IMG/VR virus record: IMGVR_UViG_3300049259_000040
Span: 1 to 58,368 of that record
Source of the DNA: a virus
Lineage: Duplodnaviria > Caudoviricetes
DNA length: 58,368 nucleotides
Strand: one strand, 5' to 3'
This document shows, one piece after another, positions 1 through 8,575 of the stretch (position 1 is the stretch's first letter; each line of letters begins with the position of its first letter). The translations under genes and the position numbers were made by a program. The notes under the pieces are model-generated. The model ran no database searches and was not told the origin of the DNA. It saw nothing but the letters and a program-made list of their open reading frames with translations.

Positions 1-8
1 GGGAAACA

Positions 9-305
9 ATGGCAGACACGATTACGGTCAGCTTGATCGACGCAGACGCTTGGGAAGACGTATCGCCGCGGCAGTTCAAGGCGATCGGCGAGCGCTTCCT
101 GCACGAACGTCAACGGCGAATCGAGGAGCTCTTGAGGCTCCAGCCAAATCTGACGAAGCCACCGAGGCAAGACGACGAGGACAAGGCCGAGGAGAAGCGC
201 GGGCGCGGTCGTCCACCTGGCTCCAAGACGCAGGACGTCGACTACGACAAGCTGCACGCGCAACGTCTCGAGCAGATGGCGCAAGCGAATGGGAGCGCGC
301 AATGA
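9..305 (+). CDS. Small protein with AT-hook DNA-binding motif
   Basis: KRGRGRPPGSK motif; preceded across the circular junction by GAACGGGGAAAC. Confidence 0.7.
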   Translation: MADTITVSLIDADAWEDVSPRQFKAIGERFLHERQRRIEELLRLQPNLTKPPRQDDEDKAEEKRGRGRPPGSKTQDVDYDKLHAQRLEQMAQANGSAQ

Positions 306-556
306 GCAACGCTCTCCGCAACATGACAACGCCGCGTCATCCGTTCGTGATGACTCAGGCGCAGCTCTACCACGAGCGCATCCTCACCTGGATCGGGCGG
401 CAGGAAGCGCCGGTATCGCTGCTCACCATATCGACGAAGACCGGCGTCTCTCAGAAGATGACGCGCAGGACGCTGATGGCTCTCGTCGAAGAGCAGCGAA
501 TCTCGGTCGTCGGACGCAACGCGAGTGGCAAGATGTACAAGATTCGCAGTATGTAA
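302..556 (+). CDS. Winged-helix HTH DNA-binding protein (IclR-like)
   Basis: SLLTISTKTGVSQKMTRRTLMALVEE...GKMYKI pattern; ATGA overlap with upstream ORF. Confidence 0.65.
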   Translation: MSNALRNMTTPRHPFVMTQAQLYHERILTWIGRQEAPVSLLTISTKTGVSQKMTRRTLMALVEEQRISVVGRNASGKMYKIRSM

Positions 557-667
557 GTGCCCCCGCCGCTCCCGCAAGCTCCGCTCCGGGGGCCGGCGGC
601 ATAACACGGGAAGGGGAGGTCGGTTGAGTTTGTCGCCGACCACCCTTCTCGTTCCGACCATCGATCG

Positions 668-1219
668 TTGGAAGCTGCTCACGAGATTGACGCCTTCGCC
701 CGACGCGCACGCTGGAGTTTCCCACTTTGTTTTCTCCAGTACGCGCGCGGTTCTCGTGAGCAGCTTCGACCGATTCGCTGGAAATACTCGGGAAATACAC
801 GCATGGACGACGTCAGAAATGCATGGGCAGCGCTGTCTATTTTCCACGACCTTTTCCACCTGCCGTGGGCGCTACTCGCGAGCAAATACCCGAGCAGCGC
901 GCCGACGTGGGTGGCGATGAGCTGGATGCTGTGGTGCGCGCTGTGGACGTGGGTCGCGTCGGTGGTCTTTGCCGGCCTGCGCGCGCAACGACGTTGGCTC
1001 CAGTCGTTCGGGAAGCTGGGCATGCGCTCGATGTACGTGCGCATGCCTGACGGGCAATACCTGCATCCGAGGCACGACGTCGTGGGAAAGTTAGCGCGCG
1101 TGCCGGGCCACTACGAGAGCGACCCGCCTCGCCTCGAGTGGATTCCCTGCCCGCCGCCCGACCACAAGCCCGCGATCAACAAGGCGCGAGTGAAGGCGAC
1201 GCCGAAGACCGCTTCATAG
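668..1219 (+). CDS. Hypothetical membrane protein (start uncertain)
   Basis: Trp-rich hydrophobic segment WVAMSWMLWCALWTWVASVVFAGL. Confidence 0.5.
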   Translation: MEAAHEIDAFARRARWSFPLCFLQYARGSREQLRPIRWKYSGNTRMDDVRNAWAALSIFHDLFHLPWALLASKYPSSAPTWVAMSWMLWCALWTWVASVVFAGLRAQRRWLQSFGKLGMRSMYVRMPDGQYLHPRHDVVGKLARVPGHYESDPPRLEWIPCPPPDHKPAINKARVKATPKTAS

Positions 1220-3903
1220 CTTTGCGCCAATCGCACGGAGGAAGTCATTGTACTCGGCCGCCGTCATCGCCTGGCGTTGCTCGATCGGCGTGCCATCCAC
1301 TGTTGCTTTCAACGGGTCGTAGCGGGTGTCGATGTACTGGTACGGGATGTTGGCCAAGTTCGTCGTGTCCAGCATTCGCTGCATGGCCTCTTGCTGCTGG
1401 CGCGCGCGCACGGTCGGGTCGTACACGGTGACGCTGCTCCCATACTTCATGAACACCGCCCCGATGGGAAGCTCGGGCTTTGGCGGAACTGGCAGCGGCT
1501 TGGGTTGACGCGCCAGCTTCTCGGCGTGCTTGCGCCTTCGACGACGAGACCACCAAAGCCGAGCGCATCGGTACGCTAGGTATGCGCGATCAACGGTCTC
1601 GTCGCTGATCACGGCTCGTCCCTCAGCGCCAGCTCGACCGCGTTCGCCGATGCCGCGAGAATGCTAGCAAGCTCTTGCTGTCCTGCTGCGCTGCAACGAC
1701 CTGCGGTACGACGCAGGTTTTCGACCTCTACCTCGACGCGCTCGATTTTGGTCTGAAGTTCACGCAGGTCGGGATCGCGTTCGCACTTCTTCCGCAGATA
1801 TTCTCTGCGACTTGCTTTTTTCCATTCATCTGGCGTGATCGACTCGATGGTTTCCACGCTAACCCCAGTCTGCGCGGACAGCATCTCGTACAGCTTTCGA
1901 CGAACTGCAGCGTCTTGCTCCTCTCTGCTGGTCATGAATGCTCCTCGGCGTAGCCCTTGAAGTTGTCGATGAGCGCGGCGCGCTGCGTGACTAGCTCGGC
2001 GTTCTCCATCTCGAGCTCGCGGATGCGCTGGGTCAGAAGTTTGCAATGGACGACGATGGCGCGAATGGCAAACGTGCAGTCTGGGCAATCTGGATAGCCA
2101 TCGTGAGCACGCGAGTACCTCAACGTGCCGGCGTCCATCGCGGCAATCATGTCGTCCCAGGTGTTCACGAGCTTTGTCATCGCGTCCTCTCCACCTCAGG
2201 CGCCAACGCATCGATCAATGCGATCGCTTTGGCGACAATCTTGCGGCTCTCCTGCGCAAACCTCTGTGCGTGTAACTTGCGACACGGAGCGCACAATCCA
2301 GATGCGTGCCCAGTGCGTATGTGCCAGCACGACGCGCACCAGGTCTTCTCAGTCGTCATCGCGTCTTCTCCAGCTCGCGCAGGGCGATTACCGCAGCGTA
2401 CAGCTGCGCATTGAACAGCGTGGCACCTGGCGAGCGAATCGCTGCGCCGGACGGGTCTGCCAGGTACGCATCGCACACGCGGGCCTTCGCTTCGAGCAGA
2501 AGCACGCTCCTCGCTGTTGTCGACAGTTCGTGCAGCCGTTTGTCGACGCAGTAGGTGTCGACAGCTTCGAGCAGCTTGGCGCGCTCGCGGGCAGCGCCAG
2601 TCGGCGAGCGCAGCATCTTGTATTCGTGCACGGCGGCGAAGAGCTTGTTGGCGGCGTCGGTCATTTTACGCCCCACAACCGAACGGCCTTGCGCTCGTCC
2701 GCTCGACCAGCCTGGTACGCCTCGGCGATGAGCTCCGAGACGTAGGCATCGACGGCACTTGCTCGAGGCCCGCGCCCGTGCCCGGTGTGGATGGCGACGA
2801 ATGCCCCGTCATCGACCCATGCGCTGATCAGCTCCCAGAACTTCGCTTTATGCTCTTCGGTCATGGCTCGATCCCCATCTCCAGGTTCTGGCCGTGGCGC
2901 TTGTTGTCGAGCCAGCGCTCTTCGGTCTCTGTAGTGTTGAGCATGGACATCAACTCGCCCCACTCGGACGGGTAACCCTCGGCGCCGAGGCTCCACTGAT
3001 AGACGTTGTCCAGCAGCTCGATTTGTCGCTCAGTCATCGTGTCGTCCCTTCTCGTGTCGTTTCACATTGGCCTGTGAAGCCTCGTCGCGGCATGTCTGCC
3101 CGCACGTAGGGCAGCGCGGATACTCGGCTGGACGCCCACGCGTCGAGCCTTTGGCCAGCGCCTTGCTCACGTGCTGCACCCAGCAGGGCGATGGCAGCCT
3201 ACCCTCACGCTCGGCCCTCACGGCGTCCAGTTCGGTGAGGCGTTTGGCCGTGGCCTGACGCCAGGCCAGCTGTTCCTCGGGCGTCAGCGAGGCGTACGCA
3301 GCCTTGGCAGCGCGCTTGCGGATGTCGTCAGCGCGTGTCAAGACGCGTCACCGTCTGGCTTGTAGCAACGCACTAGTTCGTCGACTGTTGCCGCTCGGCC
3401 GTAGGCTTTCGCAAGCTCGTCCTGCAAGTTGTAGAGCGGCGTCATATTGCTTTCTGGATGGAAGCCCAAGACCACTGACGCCTCGTAGGCGGGCCGGCGG
3501 TAATCCCGCATCCAGTCGTCCTGCGCGCTTAGAATGTCCATCAGGTGCTGCCCGCGCTCATGCATCTCCCGGATGTCTGGCCTGTGCTCTGGGACGCTCT
3601 TTTGCGAGCACTCGCTCATCAGCCACGCAAGCGCTGTCGCTACTCTTCCGGTCATGTCGTCACCTGCTCGATCTCCAGCAGCTCGTCTATTGCCGACAGC
3701 TGTGCACTGATGTCGCCGCGCATCCCGCTGTCACGCAAAACCGACCAGGCCTTGCGCACTTTTAGCAACGTCCACAGCGCGTCTTCGGCCGTAGCGCACG
3801 CGTCCTTCACGTCGGGAATATTGCTGTGCTTTGCGGCTATTCGCAGATGCACGATTGCTTCTTCGAATGCGCTTACCGTGTCGCGTCGTGCTTTGTCGGT
3901 CAT
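1214..3903 (-). other. Leftward operon of ten small translationally coupled hypothetical genes: 3652-3903, 3338-3655, 3030-3341, 2861-3037, 2661-2864, 2356-2664, 2177-2359, 1932-2180, 1609-1935, 1214-1612
   Basis: Successive ATGA/GTGA stop-start overlaps; several CxxC motifs; promoter at 3940-3971. Confidence 0.75.
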
Positions 3904-3939
3904 GGTGTCTTCCCTTTCGTGTCGTTCGCTGTCGAGTCG

Positions 3940-3971
3940 TTTATGCGCTGGGTCGTGACGGGTGTCAACAC
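3940..3971 (-). promoter_or_regulatory. Sigma70-type promoter GTGTTGACA-N17-CATAAA
   Basis: Minus strand TTGACA cccgtcacgacccagcg CATAAA upstream of the ATG at 3903. Confidence 0.65.
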
Positions 3972-4018
3972 GAGTTTTGTGGAAAAGAGGTTGAGTGGTG
4001 TTGTGCTAGGTTACGGCC

Positions 4019-4381
4019 ATGAGCTACTCCGACCTTGACCCAAAGACGCAGCACGACATCGACCTGCTCGATAAGCACATCAACCTGGGCGAGCCGAGCA
4101 CGGGCGCGATGCGTCATGCGTGGCTGCGCGTCCGCTCGCTCGCCGAGAAGTCCGCCGAGGTGCTCGAGGTAGACGATGCCGCCGCGAAGATTGTGGCCGC
4201 TCGCTCTGCCCTCTTCGACCTCTGGTACCTGCGCCGCGACCCGATCGCCGAAGGCTGCGCGCCCGAGCCCGACTGGGATTACGTGTTCCGCCTCTGCATC
4301 CACACCATCAGTCACGCGATTGGCGACGACCAGTACGGCGCCATCCCGGCCTTGCCGCCGACTGCCGATGACGACATGTAA
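4019..4381 (+). CDS. Hypothetical protein, moron-like gene on the opposite strand to its neighbours
   Basis: 120-aa ORF with good codon pattern; TGC-TAGGTT 6 nt before ATG suggests a leaderless extended -10 promoter. Confidence 0.65.
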   Translation: MSYSDLDPKTQHDIDLLDKHINLGEPSTGAMRHAWLRVRSLAEKSAEVLEVDDAAAKIVAARSALFDLWYLRRDPIAEGCAPEPDWDYVFRLCIHTISHAIGDDQYGAIPALPPTADDDM

Positions 4382-4408
4382 CCTTGGCAGTCGTGAAAGC
4401 GTCCGGCC

Positions 4409-4642
4409 TCACGGGGCCAGGGCGAGTGCGAGTGTCTCCAGGTACGTGTCGACCGCTCGTTGAGCTGTCCGTGCACGCCGAGCTTCCAGTGCGATCAGCG
4501 CGCGCTCCGAGCGGTAAGCGCTGCCCATGAACGCACGGAACATCGCGGCTGCGGTGAGTGGGTACGTCTCGCTCCTGGCGATCGATGCCTGCAAGCGTAG
4601 GCACAAGACGCTGCTCTCGATGGCGTGCTCGAGGTGCGTCAT
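4409..4642 (-). CDS. Hypothetical protein (MTHLEHAIESS...)
   Basis: ATGA overlap with 4639-4815. Confidence 0.6.
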   Translation of the reverse strand: MTHLEHAIESSVLCLRLQASIARSETYPLTAAAMFRAFMGSAYRSERALIALEARRARTAQRAVDTYLETLALALAP

Positions 4643-4815
4643 TGCGTCTCCAGCCAGTAGCGAGCGTTGGCGTCGCAGTCCTCGGCAGCAGCCTCGATGC
4701 GATCCGCTTCGAGCGGGTAGCCCTCGCCGCGACGCTTTGCAGCCTCGCTCTTGAGGCGTGCGCTCTCCCGTTGCTCCACACGCGCTAGCAGTTCTCGACC
4801 TTGTTTTGATGTCAT
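4639..4815 (-). CDS. 58-aa hypothetical protein (MTSKQGRELL...RYWLETQ), not in the ORF track
   Basis: ATG 3 nt after GAACGGGGAAAC; directly downstream of the hammerhead ribozyme. Confidence 0.7.
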   Translation of the reverse strand: MTSKQGRELLARVEQRESARLKSEAAKRRGEGYPLEADRIEAAAEDCDANARYWLETQ

Positions 4816-4832
4816 CGTGTTTCCCCGTTCGT

Positions 4833-4883
4833 GGTCTCATCAGTGCAGGCGTCACCTGCAGACGGGCTAGGCCCGTTTCGACC
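4833..4883 (-). ncRNA. Type II hammerhead ribozyme
   Basis: Minus strand GGUC-GAAAC-GGGC-CUA-GCCC-GUC/-UGCAGG-UGACG-CCUGCA-CUGAUGA-GACC: full core (CUGAUGA, GAAA, GUC) and three perfect stems. Confidence 0.92.
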
Positions 4884-4898
4884 TGTCAGGTTGACGAT

Positions 4899-5114
4899 TC
4901 AACCTGTCCAATGCGGACCGTGGTCACGTTCTTCGTCGAGCCAGGGGTCTTTGTTGGCCATGAGATCTTCGATCGCTTTCGCAGATTCGCACACGTCGCG
5001 AATGAACCAGCCGCGATCTCGTCCGTGCCTACCGCTCTGGTCCCAGGGTAGCCACAGTGCGTTGTCGAGCAACGCCTGCTTGTGTAGATTGAAGAGATAT
5101 TCGCGTCGGGTCAT
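4899..5114 (-). CDS. Hypothetical protein (MTRREYLF...)
   Basis: GGAGG RBS; stop codon lies in the 8-bp hairpin 4887-4906 just before the hammerhead. Confidence 0.65.
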   Translation of the reverse strand: MTRREYLFNLHKQALLDNALWLPWDQSGRHGRDRGWFIRDVCESAKAIEDLMANKDPWLDEERDHGPHWTG

Positions 5115-5234
5115 TCGTCCTCCGTCGTGCTGACGACAGATATGTAGCGCCGTGCTTTGCTGACTGCAACATCTTTTCGTCGAAAAGCGTGTTGAGCACA
5201 TTCAACGTGGCTCAATCTCTTTTTGTAGTAATGC

Positions 5235-5265
5235 GTGTTGACATGTCTCCGGCGCGGTGCATAAC
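5235..5265 (+). promoter_or_regulatory. Promoter GTGTTGACA-N16-CATAAC
   Basis: TTGACA at 5238-5243, upstream of the TGT-like gene. Confidence 0.6.
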
Positions 5266-5298
5266 TAGAGCACTCGACGCGAAAGAAGGGTTAGAGAT

Positions 5299-6126
5299 GT
5301 GCAGACGTTCTATCTCGGCGCTCATCGATACAACTGGGCATGCGACGGGCTGACCGACCAGTCGCTGTTCATCTCTGACCGCACGTTGCGTCGTCGTGTG
5401 ACTCCGTTCGCGCCGGCAGTTACGCGATGGGCGCTAGATAGCGGCGGCTTCACCGAGCTCTCGCAGAACCGATTGTGGACGGTTTCGCCTGCCGAGTACG
5501 CGCAACGTGTACGGCGCTACCAGCGCGAGCTTGGACTGATGGACTTCGCGGCGCAGCAAGACTGGATGTGCGAACCCGAGATGCTTGCGCACAATGGCCT
5601 ATCGGTCGTGACCCATCAGTCGTGGACGATCACCAACTACCTTGAGCTCCGCGAGCTCGCGCCGGAGGTGCCGTGGGCACCGACGGTGCAGGGGTGGAGC
5701 CTTGGTGACTACTGGCGCCACGTTGAGGAGTGGTACCGACGAGGTGTTGAGCTGCACGCGCTGCCTGTTGTCTGCGTGGGGTCGGTGTGCCGCCGAGAGA
5801 ATCCGGCTTCGGCCGCTAACATCTTGTCTTCGCTCGCGGCTGATGGACTCTCGCTCCATGCGTTCGGGGTCAAAGCTGAAGTGCTGGCGTTATGCCATGA
5901 GCAGATTCAGAGTTCTGACTCGATGGCCTGGTCAACGCACATGCGAGCCGAGCGTAATGCCGCAAAGAAAGCCGGGTTGCCGTACAAGCACCTCGACCCG
6001 AACAGCCTCACGTGCGGTCTGCAGTGGGTGGATAAGACAATCAATCGCGCCCGCGGCATCGGGCAGGTTGAGACGGATTGCCAAGACGAAACGGGTCAGC
6101 TTGAGATGTTCGAGGCTGCGTGCTGA
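5299..6126 (+). CDS. TGT-superfamily (queuine tRNA-ribosyltransferase-like, DpdA-type) transglycosylase
   Basis: WALDSGGF, DWMCEP, PTVQGW, VGSVCRR, LHAFGVK and SSDSMAWS motifs. Confidence 0.8.
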   Translation: MQTFYLGAHRYNWACDGLTDQSLFISDRTLRRRVTPFAPAVTRWALDSGGFTELSQNRLWTVSPAEYAQRVRRYQRELGLMDFAAQQDWMCEPEMLAHNGLSVVTHQSWTITNYLELRELAPEVPWAPTVQGWSLGDYWRHVEEWYRRGVELHALPVVCVGSVCRRENPASAANILSSLAADGLSLHAFGVKAEVLALCHEQIQSSDSMAWSTHMRAERNAAKKAGLPYKHLDPNSLTCGLQWVDKTINRARGIGQVETDCQDETGQLEMFEAAC

Positions 6127-6163
6127 GTGCTGCTAGGGGCACACGGCTGCGTCACAATCATTC

Positions 6164-6631
6164 ATGGCAACGCAGCCGCCACCACCTCCGCCAAGACGCC
6201 CGCGAGTCGTCACGCTGCAGCCGGGAGCAGCATCACGCGCGGAGGCGAGGCTAGCCGCTCAGATGGCTGGAAAGGCGCCTCCCGTGTACGGCCGCGCGCC
6301 TACGCTCATGACGCCCGCAGAGCTCAAGGCGAGGCGAGAGCGACTAGCGACCAACCCGCTCGCGCCCAGTCCAAGCCCTAGCCCGCTATCCACAAACACG
6401 ACCACGACCAGCGCCACCCACCTCACGCAGCGCACGACGCTGCAAGGCTTGGGGGCTACGGGGGCTGCTACGACGTCGCCGAGCCCAACAGCGACCGAGC
6501 GGGTGACATGGTGGCGTCGTAGGGCGTACCTGCCCGTCGAGCTGTACATCGCGATCTTGACGCTGGTGATCTCGGCGGTGAACCTGGGCGCCATCGTTTG
6601 GCTGGTGATGCGAATGCGAGCGATGCAGTGA
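6164..6631 (+). CDS. Pro/Thr-rich protein with C-terminal transmembrane helix
   Basis: LYIAILTLVISAVNLGAIVWLV. Confidence 0.6.
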   Translation: MATQPPPPPPRRPRVVTLQPGAASRAEARLAAQMAGKAPPVYGRAPTLMTPAELKARRERLATNPLAPSPSPSPLSTNTTTTSATHLTQRTTLQGLGATGAATTSPSPTATERVTWWRRRAYLPVELYIAILTLVISAVNLGAIVWLVMRMRAMQ

Positions 6632-7011
6632 AAGAGCCAGTTGTGACCTATCAGCCTGTTCGCTTCGGGCTTTCGAAAGCTCAGCGCAAGGAAGCCAAGC
6701 GGCGAGCGAATGACCGGGCGATGCTCGCGGCTGGATTGCGACCGCCGACGCGGAACGCACCGCCGCCACCAGCGTCGATCACGCTAGCGACGGTGATTAG
6801 GCCAGCACCGCAGGCACCACGAGACTGGCCAGAGCTCGCAGAGTTCGAGGCAGCAGTCGACTCTATGCTTGATGCCAAAGACCTCTCCGGCTTCGACAAG
6901 CTCTGCAGAACGTACGCTGACGCGTTCTTAGGGCGAAAGTCCCGACGCGGCGACCGACAGGGCGCGTCGTCTCCGGCTAAGCCTCGCGTGCTCGAGGACT
7001 GGGAATGCTGA
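6628..7011 (+). CDS. Hypothetical protein
   Basis: GTGA overlap with the upstream gene. Confidence 0.55.
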   Translation: MKEPVVTYQPVRFGLSKAQRKEAKRRANDRAMLAAGLRPPTRNAPPPPASITLATVIRPAPQAPRDWPELAEFEAAVDSMLDAKDLSGFDKLCRTYADAFLGRKSRRGDRQGASSPAKPRVLEDWEC

Positions 7012-7450
7012 CTACCGAAAGCACTCGCCTCGCGAGCCGCGGGACGGCAAGCGAGCACGGCTGTCCAATCCTCATAGACCTCTCTGCGTCGTGGCAGTCG
7101 ATCCGGAAGGTGGTGCCCATGCTCCACGGGGGTAGAACAGACTACCCAGTCAGTGCTTGGTAGGGCCTGCCGCTTACGCCGTCGTTCTGCTAGCTCCAGC
7201 AGTACTTGGCTGTTCGCGGCCCTTGACCCTGCCGGTGTTCGTACACGCTCACATGGCGTCCACGGTACTCGGCGATCTCCATCCGCGGCGGGTGTTCCCA
7301 AGGGTCTGTCTATCTGGACCCTCGCGAGCTATCCGAGGCTCGCCACCACTCACCCAGCTTACATGGCCGTAGCCAGCGGTAATCCCAACGGACAGGGACG
7401 GTGAGCTGCACAGGGAGCGAGGGCACACGCCTCTTCTCGCTCACTATCTA
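7012..7450 (-). ncRNA. Candidate large structured non-coding RNA (~440 nt)
   Basis: No credible ORF; more than 10 stems; cUACGg tetraloop on the minus strand; upstream TTGCCT-N17-CATAAG promoter; loop-strand complementarities. Confidence 0.65.
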
Positions 7451-7455
7451 GTCCG

Positions 7456-7484
7456 CTTATGAAGCAGCCGTCAGCAGCAGGCAA
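7456..7484 (-). promoter_or_regulatory. Promoter TTGCCT-N17-CATAAG driving the candidate ncRNA
   Basis: Matches the TTG-N16/17-CATAA pattern of the other phage promoters. Confidence 0.5.
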
Positions 7485-7567
7485 GAACTTTCGGACGTGA
7501 CATTAGTCACACAATAACCAGTGCATTAGCTTAAAGTTAATTAGTGCCAACTGTCACAACATCATGA

Positions 7568-7598
7568 GTGTTGACAGTGCATCTATACGTGTCATCTC
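7568..7598 (+). promoter_or_regulatory. Rightward promoter GTGTTGACA-N16-CATCTC with upstream AT-rich tract
   Basis: TTGACA at 7571; AT-rich 7500-7560; followed by hairpin GCCCCGACC/GGTCGGGGC (7644-7702). Confidence 0.5.
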
Positions 7599-7737
7599 TC
7601 GCTCGCCGTCATGTGCGACTGACCCTCGAACGTGTCTGACTCGAAGCCCCGACCAGCCCAGCAACGCGCGTCTCGCAGTCACGCAGCGGGTGAGGTCGGG
7701 GCCTTCCCTTTCCGATTTTGGTGGCTAGACACAAGAC

Positions 7738-7983
7738 TTGCTGTACGCTTCGCGAGCAGTGAGGCGTAAAAGCCAACGCGTGCGCCTGGCAGATGACGAA
7801 CAGATGAGGCTGAGACAACTCGCCGCGAAGATCGGTCTCGCTCCACTGGCAGAGCGCGCTCGGGTGTCTCGACTGGTGATCGGCTCAGCGATGGACGGCT
7901 TGCCGCTGTTCCCTGAGTCGGCACGACGCATCCGCGCGTACCTGTCAGCGCTCGAGGCGCCACATCCATCCGAGGTGGACTGA
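7738..7983 (+). CDS. HTH DNA-binding protein (start uncertain)
   Basis: GLAPLAERARVSRLVIGSAMDG HTH-like pattern. Confidence 0.55.
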   Translation: MLYASRAVRRKSQRVRLADDEQMRLRQLAAKIGLAPLAERARVSRLVIGSAMDGLPLFPESARRIRAYLSALEAPHPSEVD

Positions 7984-8288
7984 TGACTACTGTTGATGAA
8001 GCTAAGGCAGCGATCGCGGACTTTACGGACCGGCCCGGAAGCGGTTACGGATGTCCGGGGTGTATAGAGGTTTCGTACCGAGAATCGTATGTGATGGACC
8101 CGCCGCCTTCGCAGGCCACTGGGTGGCATCACCAGCCGGACCGAGCTGGCTGGATCAAAAAGTGTCCAGCTACTCTAGCCGAACGTCCGTACGCATGGAT
8201 TGCGGAGATTCAGCCGGAAAAGCTCGCTGAGTTTATGACGGCTCATCAGGATCCATTTGCGCTTGATGAACTCAAGGAACTGCTGTGA
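7983..8288 (+). CDS. Hypothetical protein with CxxC
   Basis: Coupled ORF. Confidence 0.6.
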   Translation: MTTVDEAKAAIADFTDRPGSGYGCPGCIEVSYRESYVMDPPPSQATGWHHQPDRAGWIKKCPATLAERPYAWIAEIQPEKLAEFMTAHQDPFALDELKELL

Positions 8289-8575
8289 CCACCCGCGTCT
8301 TCACCGTGCTTCTCTTCCTGGCTCTCACCGGCTGCGAGTCGTGCGACAAGCCTGTCGAGCCACCGCATTGCGAGCCGCCAACGCCTCCACCTTGGGTGAC
8401 AGACGACGCTGGCGATGACGCAGGCACACCGGAGCACCGCGAGCTCATCGAGCTTCTCAGGCAGCGTCCCGTGCGTACTGGGCACCAGTGCGACCGCAGG
8501 CGCGACCCGGCGTGCAAGGCAGCCAGCCGCTCGCAGCGGCGTCACAGCGGCGTGCGCAGGGTGGTCGGCTGCTGA
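8285..8575 (+). CDS. Putative lipoprotein
   Basis: Signal peptide plus LALTGC lipobox; DDAGDDAG repeat. Confidence 0.55.
   Translation: MTTRVFTVLLFLALTGCESCDKPVEPPHCEPPTPPPWVTDDAGDDAGTPEHRELIELLRQRPVRTGHQCDRRRDPACKAASRSQRRHSGVRRVVGC

Noticed and set aside
557-652. Twister-like ribozyme in the hairpins after 302-556
   Set aside because: Two GC-rich hairpins are present, but I could not place the twister pseudoknots or conserved core; more likely a terminator or attenuator
6681-7301. 206-aa minus-strand ORF overlapping the candidate ncRNA
   Set aside because: TTG start, Arg/Ser/Ala-rich shadow composition, and half of it is antisense to the credible gene 6628-7011
7012-7460. Group I intron or RNase P RNA
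   Set aside because: GACTA (7140) and TAGTC (7449) resemble P7, but P/Q elements and an interrupted gene are missing; no GAGGAAAGUCC RNase P signature; the promoter and UUCG-class tetraloop favour the opposite strand
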